Shown here piece after piece: positions 63,527 through 64,000 of a stretch of DNA of 64,000 bases. The translations under genes and the position numbers were made by a program. The DNA lies in NCBI GenBank assembly GCA_963713075.1, contig CAVQKO010000014.1, forward strand, positions 367,858-431,857. The letters run 5' to 3'. The first letter of the stretch is position 1. Each line of letters starts with the position of its first letter. Source of the DNA: an uncultured Chloroflexia bacterium (GTDB lineage Bacteria; Chloroflexota; Limnocylindria; Limnocylindrales; CSP1-4). Below the pieces are notes generated by a model. It searched no databases and was not told where the DNA came from. It saw nothing but the letters and a program-made list of their open reading frames with translations.

Positions 63527-64000
63527 TCAGGCGAGCGGCGGCCGAGCTGCGATCGCTGCAAGCGGCAGGCATGCCGGCCCGACCGGCTCGAACGTCTTGT
63601 AGGTCAGGACGAACTCCTGATGGCCCATCGCCTCGCTGGCGGTCCGCCGACCGTCGGCAACCTCGCGGACGAGGTCGACGATCTCGGCCCCGACCTCCTC
63701 GAGAGTGCCGCGAGCCTCGATCACCCGTCCGGCATTGACGTCCATGTCCTCGGCCATGCGCCTGTACGTCTCGGGGTTCGCGCAGACCTTGACGATCGGC
63801 GAGATCGCGGAGCCCACGACCGAGCCGCGGCCGGTGGTGAACAGGATCATGTGGGCGCCGCACGCCATCAGCTCGGCCGCCTCCGCGTTGTCGTTGATGT
63901 TCGGAAAGCCCCAGCGGACCTCGCCGTCGGGGATCACGTCGAGCAGGTAGAGGCCGGGTTGGCCGGGGATGTCGCCGGGCTTGATGACGCCGGAGATCGG
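63527..64000 (-). CDS. UxaA/GarD family sugar-acid dehydratase, C-terminal part (runs off the window)
   Basis: ACGAHMILFTTGRG, PIVKVCAN, DMDVNAG and TASEAMGHQEF. Confidence 0.85.
   Translation of the reverse strand, partial: PISGVIKPGDIPGQPGLYLLDVIPDGEVRWGFPNINDNAEAAELMACGAHMILFTTGRGSVVGSAISPIVKVCANPETYRRMAEDMDVNAGRVIEARGTLEEVGAEIVDLVREVADGRRTASEAMGHQEFVLTYKTFEPVGPACLPLAAIAARPPLA

Overview
A gene-dense, very GC-rich bacterial chromosomal segment. Gene content suggests a Chloroflexota (Limnocylindria-like) or actinobacterial-type genome; this is inference only. About 60 genes can be called. They include SCO1664/DUF3090, an MsrP-like oxidoreductase, a NEW3-ABC module, a class A PBP, mscL, lhgO, two thymidine kinases, PFOR with a DHODH-like gene, crcB, NlpC/P60, two WYL regulators, glnS, an EXLDI-ABC module, lutABC, and a corrinoid/UROD-like plus sugar-acid catabolic cluster. 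Non-coding elements are a fluoride riboswitch, a 180-nt 6S-like RNA preceded by four DnaA-box-like motifs, and a non-canonical tRNA-Gln(CUG)-like cloverleaf in the glnS leader that is followed by an anti-SD/anti-anti-SD switch. There is also a riboswitch-like structured leader before the NlpC/P60 gene. The best candidates for undescribed systems are the tRNA-mimic leader of glnS and a DVEGH-motif peptide / Crp / GAF / cytoplasmic subtilase module. Frameshifts rise sharply beyond about 58 kb, which looks like sequencing or assembly error. No transposase, integrase, CRISPR array or rRNA was seen. All calls come from motif recognition by eye; no searches were run.
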